Positions 9,448 to 18,390 of a stretch of 64,000 nucleotides of DNA are shown here, in pieces; within the stretch, counting starts at the first letter, position 1; each line of letters begins with the position of its first letter. A model generated the notes under the pieces. It did not search any database. It saw only the letters and a list, made by a program, of their open reading frames with translations, and was not told where the DNA came from. The stretch covers positions 48,936 through 112,935 of the forward strand of contig JANORP010000378.1 in assembly GCA_031415375.1 (NCBI GenBank), given 5' to 3'. This DNA is from Bacteroidota bacterium (GTDB lineage: Bacteria > Bacteroidota > Bacteroidia > J057 > JADKCL01). The position numbers and the translations under genes were made by a program.

Positions 9448-11256
9448 CTATTTGAACTTTTGCGCTGCCAGCGGCGTCCAAAATTCAAAGGCCCTGAAAC
9501 CAGGCTTTATCGTCGTGGGCAGTGCATTGCGGTACCGCTTGTCGATCAAAAGGCGTGACTGGGGCGCAAAAAGGGGTAGCATGGGCAATTGTGCGAGCCA
9601 GAGCGCCTCAAATTTGTGGTAAAGGGGCACACGGTCACTGGCGGAGATCGTTTGCCGAATCTGATCGATGAGTGCATCGGTCGTCGTGTCGCCAAATCCA
9701 AAGAAATTCATTCCGCCATTGGCCCAATTCTCGGATGCCCAGAGCTGTTCCAAATCTGTGGGAAGTGGACTCCCTGAGATGCCATTGATCACCATGTCGA
9801 AATCATGGTCGCGCATGCGGTCATTGAGCGTCGCAAAAACGAGGGGATTGGGCGTGATCAACATGCCGACTTTGATGGCTTGGTCGGCAAGCATGCGTGC
9901 AATGCTTGCACCCGATTCACTGGCGTTGGAAAACAACAATTCGATTTCCAATTTCAGTCGTTTGCCCTGGACCATCTTGTCGCGCAGGCCGTCGGCATCG
10001 CTGTCGATCCATCCCGCCTCATCCAGCAAGGCTTTCGCCTTTCCAGGATCGAAGGCATAGCCTTGCAGCTTGGGATCCAATTCGTCGGTCTTCAAGGGAG
10101 AGATGCAGCTGATTTGGGGCGTGCCAAAACCGTTGTACACTTTGGCAATGATCGTTTGGATGTCTGTAAGGTGGGCGACTGCCTTGCGCACCCTCACATC
10201 CTCCAGTACAGGCCTGCGACCCACGCTGGGCTTGCAGTTGAAGCCCAAGTACAGCAATGTGTAGGTCGTAGGGGTGTGGAAATAAAAATGCTTGGCGATG
10301 GACCCGGCAGTGTCCTCGCGGGCTGCAATGAAATCATCAGGTGGCAGGTCCTGCACCACGTCCAATTCGCCGTTGCGGGCAGCTGCCAAGAACGTGGATT
10401 TATCCTTGATTGTCTTGAAGATCAACTTCTGTGCATAGCACTGGAACACATAACCCTTGCCGCGCAGCTGATCACCCCACCAATTTTGTTTGCGCACCAG
10501 CGTCACATTGTCACCTGGCGTCCAGCTCTCGACCTTGTAGGCGCCAGCACCATACATATAAGCTGGGTCAGTTGCATATTTGTCACTGTTGAAGCCCTCG
10601 AAAAAAGCCACCATCGCAGGGTCTTTGGCTAGTTCCGCAGCCTGGGTTGTAAAGTCAGCGACGCTGTAGCGGCCCAATACATCAAGCGAATCAAAAAACT
10701 TGCGGGAGAGGATGTCAAAGTCGGCGATGAAGGTTTCCCCCAAGAAGAACGGCTCCGAAGTGACGACTGTGAAGCGGCGGTCATTTTGCGGATCGACCTG
10801 CACATCGGAAATGAACGCATAGATGCTCCGCATTTGCGCATTGTCGGTGAGCGAATTCTTCATGCACTTGACCGAAAAAGCATAGTCATGTCCCGTGATC
10901 GGGTCGCCATGGTCCCAGCGAGCCTCGGGCCGCATTTCGTAAGTGAAGCGCAACCCATCCGCAGAGATCTGAGCAGGACCCGTCACCAAAGCCGGCTCAG
11001 ACTGCAAGGTCTGCGCATTGTAAGTCGCCAAGCTCAGGTGCATATTCTCCTTGATCGCCGTCGCAGGCCCTGTTCGGGAGCTGTAAGGCGCCAACCCATC
11101 GGGGTCGCTGCTGTGGTTGATCCTGATCCAGTCTCCATTGACAGGCAGACTGTCTTGGGCCTCAGGATCGGTGGTCGTGGAGGCTGGACGGCAGGCTGTG
11201 AGGGCTGCGGTGCAGAGGAGAAAGCAATAAAAACTGTAGAAGAAATGCCTTTTCAT
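9448..11256 (-). CDS. ABC transporter substrate-binding lipoprotein, family 5 (OppA/DppA-like peptide binding)
   Basis: 602-aa ORF. The signal and lipobox read 'FLLCTAALTAC'. The length and motifs such as 'RKAVAHLTDIQTIIAKVYNGFGTP' are typical of the SBP_bac_5 family. Confidence 0.75.
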   Translation of the reverse strand: MKRHFFYSFYCFLLCTAALTACRPASTTTDPEAQDSLPVNGDWIRINHSSDPDGLAPYSSRTGPATAIKENMHLSLATYNAQTLQSEPALVTGPAQISADGLRFTYEMRPEARWDHGDPITGHDYAFSVKCMKNSLTDNAQMRSIYAFISDVQVDPQNDRRFTVVTSEPFFLGETFIADFDILSRKFFDSLDVLGRYSVADFTTQAAELAKDPAMVAFFEGFNSDKYATDPAYMYGAGAYKVESWTPGDNVTLVRKQNWWGDQLRGKGYVFQCYAQKLIFKTIKDKSTFLAAARNGELDVVQDLPPDDFIAAREDTAGSIAKHFYFHTPTTYTLLYLGFNCKPSVGRRPVLEDVRVRKAVAHLTDIQTIIAKVYNGFGTPQISCISPLKTDELDPKLQGYAFDPGKAKALLDEAGWIDSDADGLRDKMVQGKRLKLEIELLFSNASESGASIARMLADQAIKVGMLITPNPLVFATLNDRMRDHDFDMVINGISGSPLPTDLEQLWASENWANGGMNFFGFGDTTTDALIDQIRQTISASDRVPLYHKFEALWLAQLPMLPLFAPQSRLLIDKRYRNALPTTIKPGFRAFEFWTPLAAQKFK

Positions 11257-11548
11257 ACGTTGTTGTTCTTAGAATGGCAAAATCTAGTTGATTGTTGCGG
11301 GATTTACAAGGCAAAAAGGAATGTATAAAGGTATTTGGCCAACGCCCAAGCAAATTCCAGTTAAAGAGCCTCGCATTTCAATGATGCGTAAGCTGTCGTT
11401 GCTCCACAAAATGCCGACGCTTTAGAATTGTCACATTCCTCCAAACCAGCAACCCTTTCCTTCTTGAAATGGGAGCATTCTACCGAGGAAACTTCCGCTC
11501 CCGATGAAACCATTCCCCAAAATTCTCCCGACATTCGCCACAAGAAAG

Positions 11549-14032
11549 ATGCCCAGCACCGCCCTCCCCATCCAAGAAATCATCCCAGCGCTCCTGCGAG
11601 CGCTGGCAGACCACCCCATCGTCATCTTGGAGGCCCCGCCTGGCGCGGGCAAATCGACCGAATTGCCGCTGCACTTGCTGCATGCACCGTGGCTGCAAGG
11701 ACAGAAGATGCTCATGCTGCAACCACGCCGCCTTGCGGCGCGCGCGGTTGCGACGCGTCTTGCTGCACAGCTCGGCGAGCAAGTCGGGGAAACCGCCGGC
11801 TACCGCGTGCGCTTCGAACGCAAGATCAGCGCCCAGACCCGCATCGAGGTGCTCACTGAGGGCTTGCTCACCCGCCACATCCAGCAAGACAATGCCCTGG
11901 AGGGCATCGGGCTGCTGATCTTTGATGAATTCCACGAGCGCTCGCTCCATGCAGACCTCGCGCTGGTGCTCGCGCGGCAGGTGCAGGAGGTGCTGCGCGA
12001 CGACCTGCGCATCCTCATCATGTCGGCCACGCTCGACACCGCCGCGCTCTCGCAATTGCTGGGAAATGCACCCGTGATCACGAGTAAGGGCCGCCAACAT
12101 CCGATCGACATCCGCTACAGCCCCGTGCCCGATGGGCAGCGGCTCGAAGGCCATCTCGCCGCCACGGTGCGCAAGGCCCTCCGTGAGGACCAGGGCGACA
12201 TCCTCGCCTTCCTCCCCGGCGCCGCCGAAATCGGCCGCGTGGCCGAGGCATTGTATGAAAATCTGCCTGCTGGCATCCATCTGCACATGCTTTATGGCGA
12301 CCTGCCGCTGCCGCAGCAGCAGGAAGCCATCCTGCCCGACCCCGAAGGAAGGCGCAAGGTGGTGCTGGCCACGACGATTGCCGAGACCAGCCTCACGATC
12401 GAGGGCGTCCATGTAGTCATCGACGCTGGGCTGGCGCGGGTGCCGCGGTTTGACCCGCGCTCGGGCCTTACACGCCTAGAGACGCTCAGCGTGACCCGCG
12501 ACGCCGCCGACCAACGGGCAGGCCGCGCAGGTCGCCTCGGCCCCGGCGTGGCCTACCGCCTCTGGGCAGAGGGCAGCCACCAATACCTTCAAGCCCAACG
12601 CGAACCCGAGATCCTCCAAGCCGACCTCGCGCCCATGGCCCTCGAACTCGCCTATTGGGGTGTGACCGAGATGCGGGACTTGGGCTGGCCCACGCCGCCG
12701 CCTGTCGGGCATTTGAACCAAGCCTTGGAGCTGCTTACGCAGCTTGAAGCTTTGGAAAATGGCCGCATCACGGCCCGTGGCAAGGATTTGCTGCGCCTGC
12801 CGACCCATCCGAGGCTGGCGCACATGCTCGCGGAGGGCGAGGCATTGGGGCTCGCTGGCCTGGCCTGCGACATCGCGGCGCTGCTGGAGGAGCGCGACCC
12901 GCTCCCGCGCGAAGCGGGTGCAGACCTCTGCCTACGCCTGGACGCATTGCGGCTGCACCGCACGGGCGGCCGCTCGCAGGGCGAGAGCGCGGGCCTGCGC
13001 AAGCTGGAACAGCTCTCTCAGGCTTGGCGCAAGATCTTGCGCTGCAATGCCCATGATCGACCTGTCGAGGCCCAAGATGCTGGGCGCTTGCTCGCCGCCG
13101 CCTACCCCGAACGTGTTGCCAAGCGCGTCGGGCATCATCCGCCCACTTACCGCCTCAACAATGGCCGTCGGGGCAGCATCCAAGGGCACGACGCGCTCGC
13201 CGACCACGAGTGGCTGGCCATCGGGCTCATGGATGCTGGCTTGCAGGAAGGCAAGATTTTCCTCGCCGCGCCCTTGGATCCGCAGGATTTGAAGGGGCAC
13301 ATGAAGACACATTCAGTTTTGCATTGGGACCGGGCGCAGGGGCTGATCTTGGCGCAGACAGAGTTGCGGTTGGGCACGCTGCTGGTGTCGAGCAAGCCCG
13401 CACCCAAGCTCAGCGATGCGGAATGCGTGCCGATCTTGTGTGCAGCCATCCGCGAGCAGCCCGATTTGCTGGCTTGGATGGAGGCCGCGGTGGCTTGGCA
13501 GGCGCGTGTGTTGAGTCTGAGGTTGTGGCGACCGCAGGAAGATTGGCCGGATGTATCGACCGAGACGCTGCTGACGGATTTGGAGAAATGGCTGGGGCCC
13601 TACATCGGACATGTGCGGAAGCGGGATGATTTTAAGCGCGTGGACGTGCTGAGCTTGTTGTCGGCGCGCTTGCCCTGGGCGATGCAGCAGCAATTGGACG
13701 CCTTGGCCCCACAAAAGCTGGAGGTGCCGACGGGTTCACAGATTACCTTGGAATACTTTGCGGATGGCCGTGCGCCGATCTTGGCGGTACGCTTGCAGGA
13801 GATGTTTGGGCAGATGGACACACCGACGGTGAATCAGGGCCGCAATGCCGTCTTGATCCATTTGCTGTCACCCGCATACCGTCCCTGTGCCGTGACCCAA
13901 GACCTCCGCAGCTTCTGGATGAATGCGTATGCCGATACCCGCAAAGACCTGCGGGGCCGCTACCCTAAACACAGCTGGCCCGAAAACCCGCTCACCGCAG
14001 AGGCCGTGCGCGGCGTGAAGCGAAAATCCTGA
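11549..14032 (+). CDS. hrpB: ATP-dependent RNA helicase HrpB (DEAH-box)
   Basis: Walker A 'EAPPGAGKST', 'DEFHERS' (a DExH box), 'SATL' and 'TTIAETSLTIEGV', plus the long HrpB-type C-terminal domain. The start was moved to ATG 11549 (MPSTALPIQEIIP...), which is the typical HrpB N-terminus. The track start at 11504 remains possible. Confidence 0.9.
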   Translation: MPSTALPIQEIIPALLRALADHPIVILEAPPGAGKSTELPLHLLHAPWLQGQKMLMLQPRRLAARAVATRLAAQLGEQVGETAGYRVRFERKISAQTRIEVLTEGLLTRHIQQDNALEGIGLLIFDEFHERSLHADLALVLARQVQEVLRDDLRILIMSATLDTAALSQLLGNAPVITSKGRQHPIDIRYSPVPDGQRLEGHLAATVRKALREDQGDILAFLPGAAEIGRVAEALYENLPAGIHLHMLYGDLPLPQQQEAILPDPEGRRKVVLATTIAETSLTIEGVHVVIDAGLARVPRFDPRSGLTRLETLSVTRDAADQRAGRAGRLGPGVAYRLWAEGSHQYLQAQREPEILQADLAPMALELAYWGVTEMRDLGWPTPPPVGHLNQALELLTQLEALENGRITARGKDLLRLPTHPRLAHMLAEGEALGLAGLACDIAALLEERDPLPREAGADLCLRLDALRLHRTGGRSQGESAGLRKLEQLSQAWRKILRCNAHDRPVEAQDAGRLLAAAYPERVAKRVGHHPPTYRLNNGRRGSIQGHDALADHEWLAIGLMDAGLQEGKIFLAAPLDPQDLKGHMKTHSVLHWDRAQGLILAQTELRLGTLLVSSKPAPKLSDAECVPILCAAIREQPDLLAWMEAAVAWQARVLSLRLWRPQEDWPDVSTETLLTDLEKWLGPYIGHVRKRDDFKRVDVLSLLSARLPWAMQQQLDALAPQKLEVPTGSQITLEYFADGRAPILAVRLQEMFGQMDTPTVNQGRNAVLIHLLSPAYRPCAVTQDLRSFWMNAYADTRKDLRGRYPKHSWPENPLTAEAVRGVKRKS

Positions 14033-14312
14033 CAAATCACCTCTTTTCACAATTGTCTCTGCAAGCGTAGTTGCAAAATTATATTGTCCAGTGGCTCCGG
14101 AATGTGGCGGCATGTGCGCTGTCAATGGCGGATCATACAACCACTTCCCAAAATATGGGCCGTGTAATGCTCAAATACTTCATTCAATTCTTACATATAT
14201 CATTTGTACATATTCAACATTTAGCAAATCATGTTTGTAATAATTAGCTATATTAGAGCTTGTTAGGTAATAGATAGGATCGGAGATTTAAACACGTTTA
14301 AATTAATGCAGT

Positions 14313-15968
14313 ATGTCCAAAATTTCATTGGCTGGGTTTTCATTGCTCTTATTCTTGTGCGCGCTAGGGATCAAAGCACAATCAACCCAAGTGTTGCCCG
14401 TGGGTGATCATGGGCAATCGCGAGAGGCATACGACTCGCCCAGCGGTGCCAGGCGAGGCCATCAATTGCAAGAGCCGCTCATGCTGCTCCCGCCAGGCAA
14501 CGACAATTGCGCCTCGGCAATCGCACTCACTCCAGGTGCAGCCTGCATTACAGGCACCTCCAACGGCGCGAGCCTACAAGGTGGGGAGTATGTGTGCATC
14601 AGTGGCGGTGGTGGCGTCTCTGAAGAAACGGTATGGTACCGTTTCACGGCGACCAATACATCGATGGTCCTAGGAGTTGTGCTCACAAATTCCACCAACT
14701 GTGCGACAGTATTGGCGGTTTACGGTCCATTCGCGCCAGCCGGAGGCTGCCTTCCAGGTGCTGGCAACCAGATTCTTTGCCAAAATATGGGCCTCATCGA
14801 CCCTGGTTTCCACCCTTTGCTCACTGGCCTTGTCATCGGGCAAAGCTACCTCGTGCAAGTACAGGGCAATAATTGCGGCGGCGGCAACGATCGCTTTGTC
14901 AATTTTTGCATCAGCATCAATACCGTTTCTGCTAACAATAGCGCAGGCTCTGCTGCGGTGATCAACAATTGCGGCGTCGCCTTCACTGGCGGTACCACCG
15001 GCGGCCACTATGCGAATGGCACTTCTATCGGCGCCAACAACCTCGACAACAATGTCGCTACGAGCATCACAGGTGCCTCCGAGGTCGGCGACGACGTGAC
15101 CTTTGTGATCAACAATGTCTCCTGGTTCACATTCTGCAATGGCAACCTCAGCAGCTGCAATTGGAGCATCTTGCTCAACAGCGTCACCAATTGCCTGCTG
15201 CCTGCCCCCAATGCCGGCGTGCAATCAGCAGTCTTCACAGGCACACCCGCTGCCTTGGTCAATGTCGCCATCAGCCCAAGCAACATTCCGCCGGGAGGCA
15301 GTTTTGCCTCGGGCACCTTTGCGGTCGGGGCTGGGCAGTGTGCCTATGTGATGGTCGATGGCTTTGCCGGAGACGAATGCAACTACAACCTTACGCTCAC
15401 CAATGTTTCCTGTGCCTGCATCGTGCTGCCCATCGAGCTGGCCTATTTCGCAGGCCGCAATTTGGCCGATCAAGTGCATTTGGATTGGGGCATGGCATCG
15501 CAGGAAGGCTTGCAAGCCTTCGACATCGCCCGCAGCGCCGATGGCCACCATTTCGAGCAATTGATGCAAGGCATTGCGGCAGTCGTGCAAGCCGACCACC
15601 GCTACGTCGTCGCCGACAAGGATCCCTTGCCAGGTTGGAACTACTATCGCCTGAGTGTCGTGGACCATGATGGCAATACCATGGTCTTGAACACGGTAGC
15701 CGTTTATCGACAGCAGGGCGCCGGTCTCGATGTATTGATCAGCGCGCAGCAAGATCAAATGCAGCTCGACATCACAGGGTCCGATGAAGGAACAGCCACG
15801 CTCAGCGTCACGAATCTCCAGGGCCAGCAAGTGCTGCAACAGGCAACAACCCTTGAAAGCGGCAGCTCACGCTTACACGTCGAGATCCCCGGTCTCGCAC
15901 AGGGGATGTATGTGCTCAGCCTCACACAAGGCAGTCACAGCGTTTCCAAGAAGTTCGTGCGGAACTGA
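14313..15968 (+). CDS. Secreted protein of unknown function with T9SS C-terminal sorting domain
   Basis: Signal peptide 'MSKISLAGFSLLLFLCALGIKAQ'. C-terminal tail 'ATLSVTNLQGQQVL...GMYVLSLTQGSHSVSKKFVRN'. A 280-bp AT-rich region lies upstream. Confidence 0.75.
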   Translation: MSKISLAGFSLLLFLCALGIKAQSTQVLPVGDHGQSREAYDSPSGARRGHQLQEPLMLLPPGNDNCASAIALTPGAACITGTSNGASLQGGEYVCISGGGGVSEETVWYRFTATNTSMVLGVVLTNSTNCATVLAVYGPFAPAGGCLPGAGNQILCQNMGLIDPGFHPLLTGLVIGQSYLVQVQGNNCGGGNDRFVNFCISINTVSANNSAGSAAVINNCGVAFTGGTTGGHYANGTSIGANNLDNNVATSITGASEVGDDVTFVINNVSWFTFCNGNLSSCNWSILLNSVTNCLLPAPNAGVQSAVFTGTPAALVNVAISPSNIPPGGSFASGTFAVGAGQCAYVMVDGFAGDECNYNLTLTNVSCACIVLPIELAYFAGRNLADQVHLDWGMASQEGLQAFDIARSADGHHFEQLMQGIAAVVQADHRYVVADKDPLPGWNYYRLSVVDHDGNTMVLNTVAVYRQQGAGLDVLISAQQDQMQLDITGSDEGTATLSVTNLQGQQVLQQATTLESGSSRLHVEIPGLAQGMYVLSLTQGSHSVSKKFVRN

Positions 15969-16055
15969 GCAAACTTGGACGGCAGCCATATTTGATAAGC
16001 GCCTGCATATACCCTCAACTTGTCGATTGTGCCGCAGGAAGGGTTCGCATCGGCG

Positions 16056-17198
16056 CTACGCCACGACCACCCGCTGCCGTGCGCTCCAACGCCTGCCATT
16101 CACGTGCAGCAGATAGAGCCCCGCTGAATAGTCGTGAAGATCGATGTTGATTTGGTTTTCACCTGCATGGCCCATGACGGCACCTTGGCCCATTGTCTTC
16201 CCTTGCAGATCGATGAGGCGCCAATGAAGCGCTTCATTGCGGTCGAGCTGGAGCCTGAGCTGTAGCTCCCCTTGGCTAGGATTGGGGAATACTTGCAAGT
16301 CATAGCCCATGATCGGAGCGGCTGCGGTGGTCGCTGCATTGGGGTGCTGGTATTTGTTGAAGAAGCGCCAGATCTCTCGGGTATAAAAGATGTCATTGGT
16401 GGGGCCGAGCCACACATGGTCGGCGCCATAGACCTTGAAGTGTTCTACGCCATATTCTTGGTCGCAGCCCGACCACTCGATGTGATCGACGGTATAATTG
16501 TCGTTGAACAAGTCTGGCAAATGCGTGGTGTCGGGACCTTGGGTACAGCCATTGTTGGTGACCCAATGCTGCAATGTCGCCGTGGTGGAGAGGCCAAATG
16601 TGTTGGCGGTATAGCTGATGGTTCCATCGGCTGTGCCATGAAAGTGCAACACGGGCACGGCGCGCCCCGGCTGGCAATTGAGGGCTGTGCCAATCGTGCC
16701 AGCTACCGCAGCGATGGCGGCGATGCGGTTGTTCAGTTCACAGGCTAGGCGGTGACACATGAAGGCGCCGAGGGAAAATCCGCAGGCATAGATGCGGTTG
16801 GGGTTGATGTTGTAGTGGGCCGACATCGAGTCGATGAGGGCATTGATGAAGCCGACATCATCGACCGTGCCATTGAGCGTAAAGCCAAAGGCACTCGCGC
16901 CTGAGTTCCAGGCGGTCGAACCAGAGAGTTGGTCGATCAGGGCTTGGGGCGTGACGATGATAAAATTGGCGGTGTCGGCAAAGTAGTTGAGTCCGATCCC
17001 AGAGAAATTGGTCATGTCGTCGCCAAGGCCATGGAGGGCGATCACGAGCGGCACCGGGGCTGTGCCGTTGTAGATGCCCGGCACGTATTGGCGGTACTGC
17101 CGTGTCTGTCCACCAAAAGCGAAGCTATGGTTGCTGAACTGTGCCCAAGCAGCATGGCCCAGCATCACCAGCAGGCAAAGTGTGAGGTAGCGTTTCAT
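16056..17198 (-). CDS. PHB-depolymerase/feruloyl-esterase family serine esterase with T9SS C-terminal domain
   Basis: Signal peptide 'MKRYLTLCLLVMLGHAAWAQ'. 'PLVIALHGLGDD' is present, and 'GFSLGAFM' is a GxSxG nucleophile elbow. The tail 'LQVFPNPSQGELQLRL...YLLHVNGRRWSARQRVVVA' is a T9SS CTD. Confidence 0.75.
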   Translation of the reverse strand: MKRYLTLCLLVMLGHAAWAQFSNHSFAFGGQTRQYRQYVPGIYNGTAPVPLVIALHGLGDDMTNFSGIGLNYFADTANFIIVTPQALIDQLSGSTAWNSGASAFGFTLNGTVDDVGFINALIDSMSAHYNINPNRIYACGFSLGAFMCHRLACELNNRIAAIAAVAGTIGTALNCQPGRAVPVLHFHGTADGTISYTANTFGLSTTATLQHWVTNNGCTQGPDTTHLPDLFNDNYTVDHIEWSGCDQEYGVEHFKVYGADHVWLGPTNDIFYTREIWRFFNKYQHPNAATTAAAPIMGYDLQVFPNPSQGELQLRLQLDRNEALHWRLIDLQGKTMGQGAVMGHAGENQINIDLHDYSAGLYLLHVNGRRWSARQRVVVA

Positions 17199-17344
17199 GG
17201 ACGGAAATTAGTGATAATTTCTTTGCGAATGCAGTGTGCCATTCCGCCTGCCTGCTCGCGATCGCCCACAATACACCGCAAAAGAAATTGTACCATTTTT
17301 CCCCAAGCCTTTGGGGGATACTCACCGTTGCGCTGTGTTATCAT

Positions 17345-17426
17345 CGAATTAGGGTAAGCAATTTTTTGATGGACGAAATCTGGGCCGCGTGACGGCCCAG
17401 GTTCATTTTAGGGCGGCATGGTAGCA
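17345..17426. repeat. Copy 1 of an ~80-bp intergenic repeat containing a GC-rich hairpin
   Basis: The sequence GAATTAGGGTAAGCAATTTTTTGATGGACGAAATCTGGGCCGCGTGACGGCCCAGGTTCATTTT... recurs 188 bp downstream with a few substitutions. The hairpin is TGGGCCG-CGTGA-CGGCCCA. Confidence 0.8.
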
Positions 17427-17532
17427 CAAGGCGATCGCAACATTCATCGCATTGACTTCATGGCAAGCATAAAAAATATAGATGCGGCTTGGGGGATACG
17501 ATAGATCCCGCTGTATTGTCTGTAGAGTTTAA

Positions 17533-17614
17533 GAATTTAGGGTAAGCAATTTTTTGATGGACGAGATCTGGGCCGCGTGACGGCCCAGGTTCATTTTGGG
17601 GAGGCGTGGTCGCA
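17533..17614. repeat. Copy 2 of the ~80-bp intergenic repeat
   Basis: Nearly identical to 17345..17426 across the hairpin core. The differences seen include A/G at 'GACGA[A/G]ATC'. Confidence 0.8.
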
Positions 17615-17720
17615 ACCACGAGACCATGCTTGTATCTGTCCCATGGTTGAATCCAGTAGTGCTGTGAGCGTGGAGAATGCGCGTCCAAAATACCTTTCAA
17701 ACCAATCGGCCTTTTTGCGC

Positions 17721-17766
17721 AAAATAAAATGACGAGGCTACACCCTGTGGGCGAAGCCTCGTCATT
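17721..17766 (-). terminator. Rho-independent terminator downstream of the GreA-like gene
   Basis: The stem AATGACGAGGCT (17728-17739) pairs with AGCCTCGTCATT (17755-17766). On the minus strand it is followed by TTTTATTTT. Confidence 0.65.
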
Positions 17767-17784
17767 TCTCCTGCACCCACAGAC

Positions 17785-18243
17785 TTAGTACAAGTCCAGA
17801 ATCTGAAACGTACGGCCATTGACTTCAAAGGAATCGCCTTTCTGCTTGCCTTCCATCGCTTTGTAGATGGGCGCTTTGGTGCTCACCCCAAAGTACTCCT
17901 GGCCTTCACACTTGAAGCGCTCAATGCTCACCGAGACAAAAAACGATTGCTTTTCTGTGACCACCACACTGCCCAAGTGTACGTTGTCGTGGTCTTCGCT
18001 CGTCTCGATGCGGTGGAGTTTGTCAAACTCCTCCTCCACCATTGCCAGTTGCTCACTCATCAGCGCCGCTTGCTCCTCGGTGTCTGCGGTCATTGACTGT
18101 GCACCACTGTCGTGCTGCTCGCTGGCATATTGCTGGCCGGTAGCCTTCAATTCCTCGATGCGACTGCGAAAGTCATTGACGATGGCGGCCTGTGCTTTCA
18201 AGCCAGCTTCTAGAATCTGTTTTTTTGACGCTCTATTTTCCAT
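17785..18243 (-). CDS. GreA/GreB-family-like protein (coiled-coil N-terminus plus GreA C-terminal-like domain)
   Basis: The C-terminus 'GSVVVTEKQSFFVSV...GVSTKAPIYKAMEGKQKGDSFEVNGRTFQILDLY' resembles the GreA C-terminal domain. The start was moved to ATG 18243 (MENRASKKQ...). Confidence 0.55.
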   Translation of the reverse strand: MENRASKKQILEAGLKAQAAIVNDFRSRIEELKATGQQYASEQHDSGAQSMTADTEEQAALMSEQLAMVEEEFDKLHRIETSEDHDNVHLGSVVVTEKQSFFVSVSIERFKCEGQEYFGVSTKAPIYKAMEGKQKGDSFEVNGRTFQILDLY

Positions 18244-18390
18244 AATGCATTTAAATGCAAGTTTTCTCAAAAATACAGCCGATTGTAATGACATCGCGCA
18301 TTCCTTGAATTCAAATGCATGATATTTCTCAACATTGCAACCCTAGCTTGCTCCTTGTCCGCAACAGCTTTTATCTGTAATGAGTGCGGC

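Noticed and set aside
11480-12412. 310-aa minus-strand ORF
   Set aside because: It is antisense to hrpB, whose helicase motifs define the plus strand.
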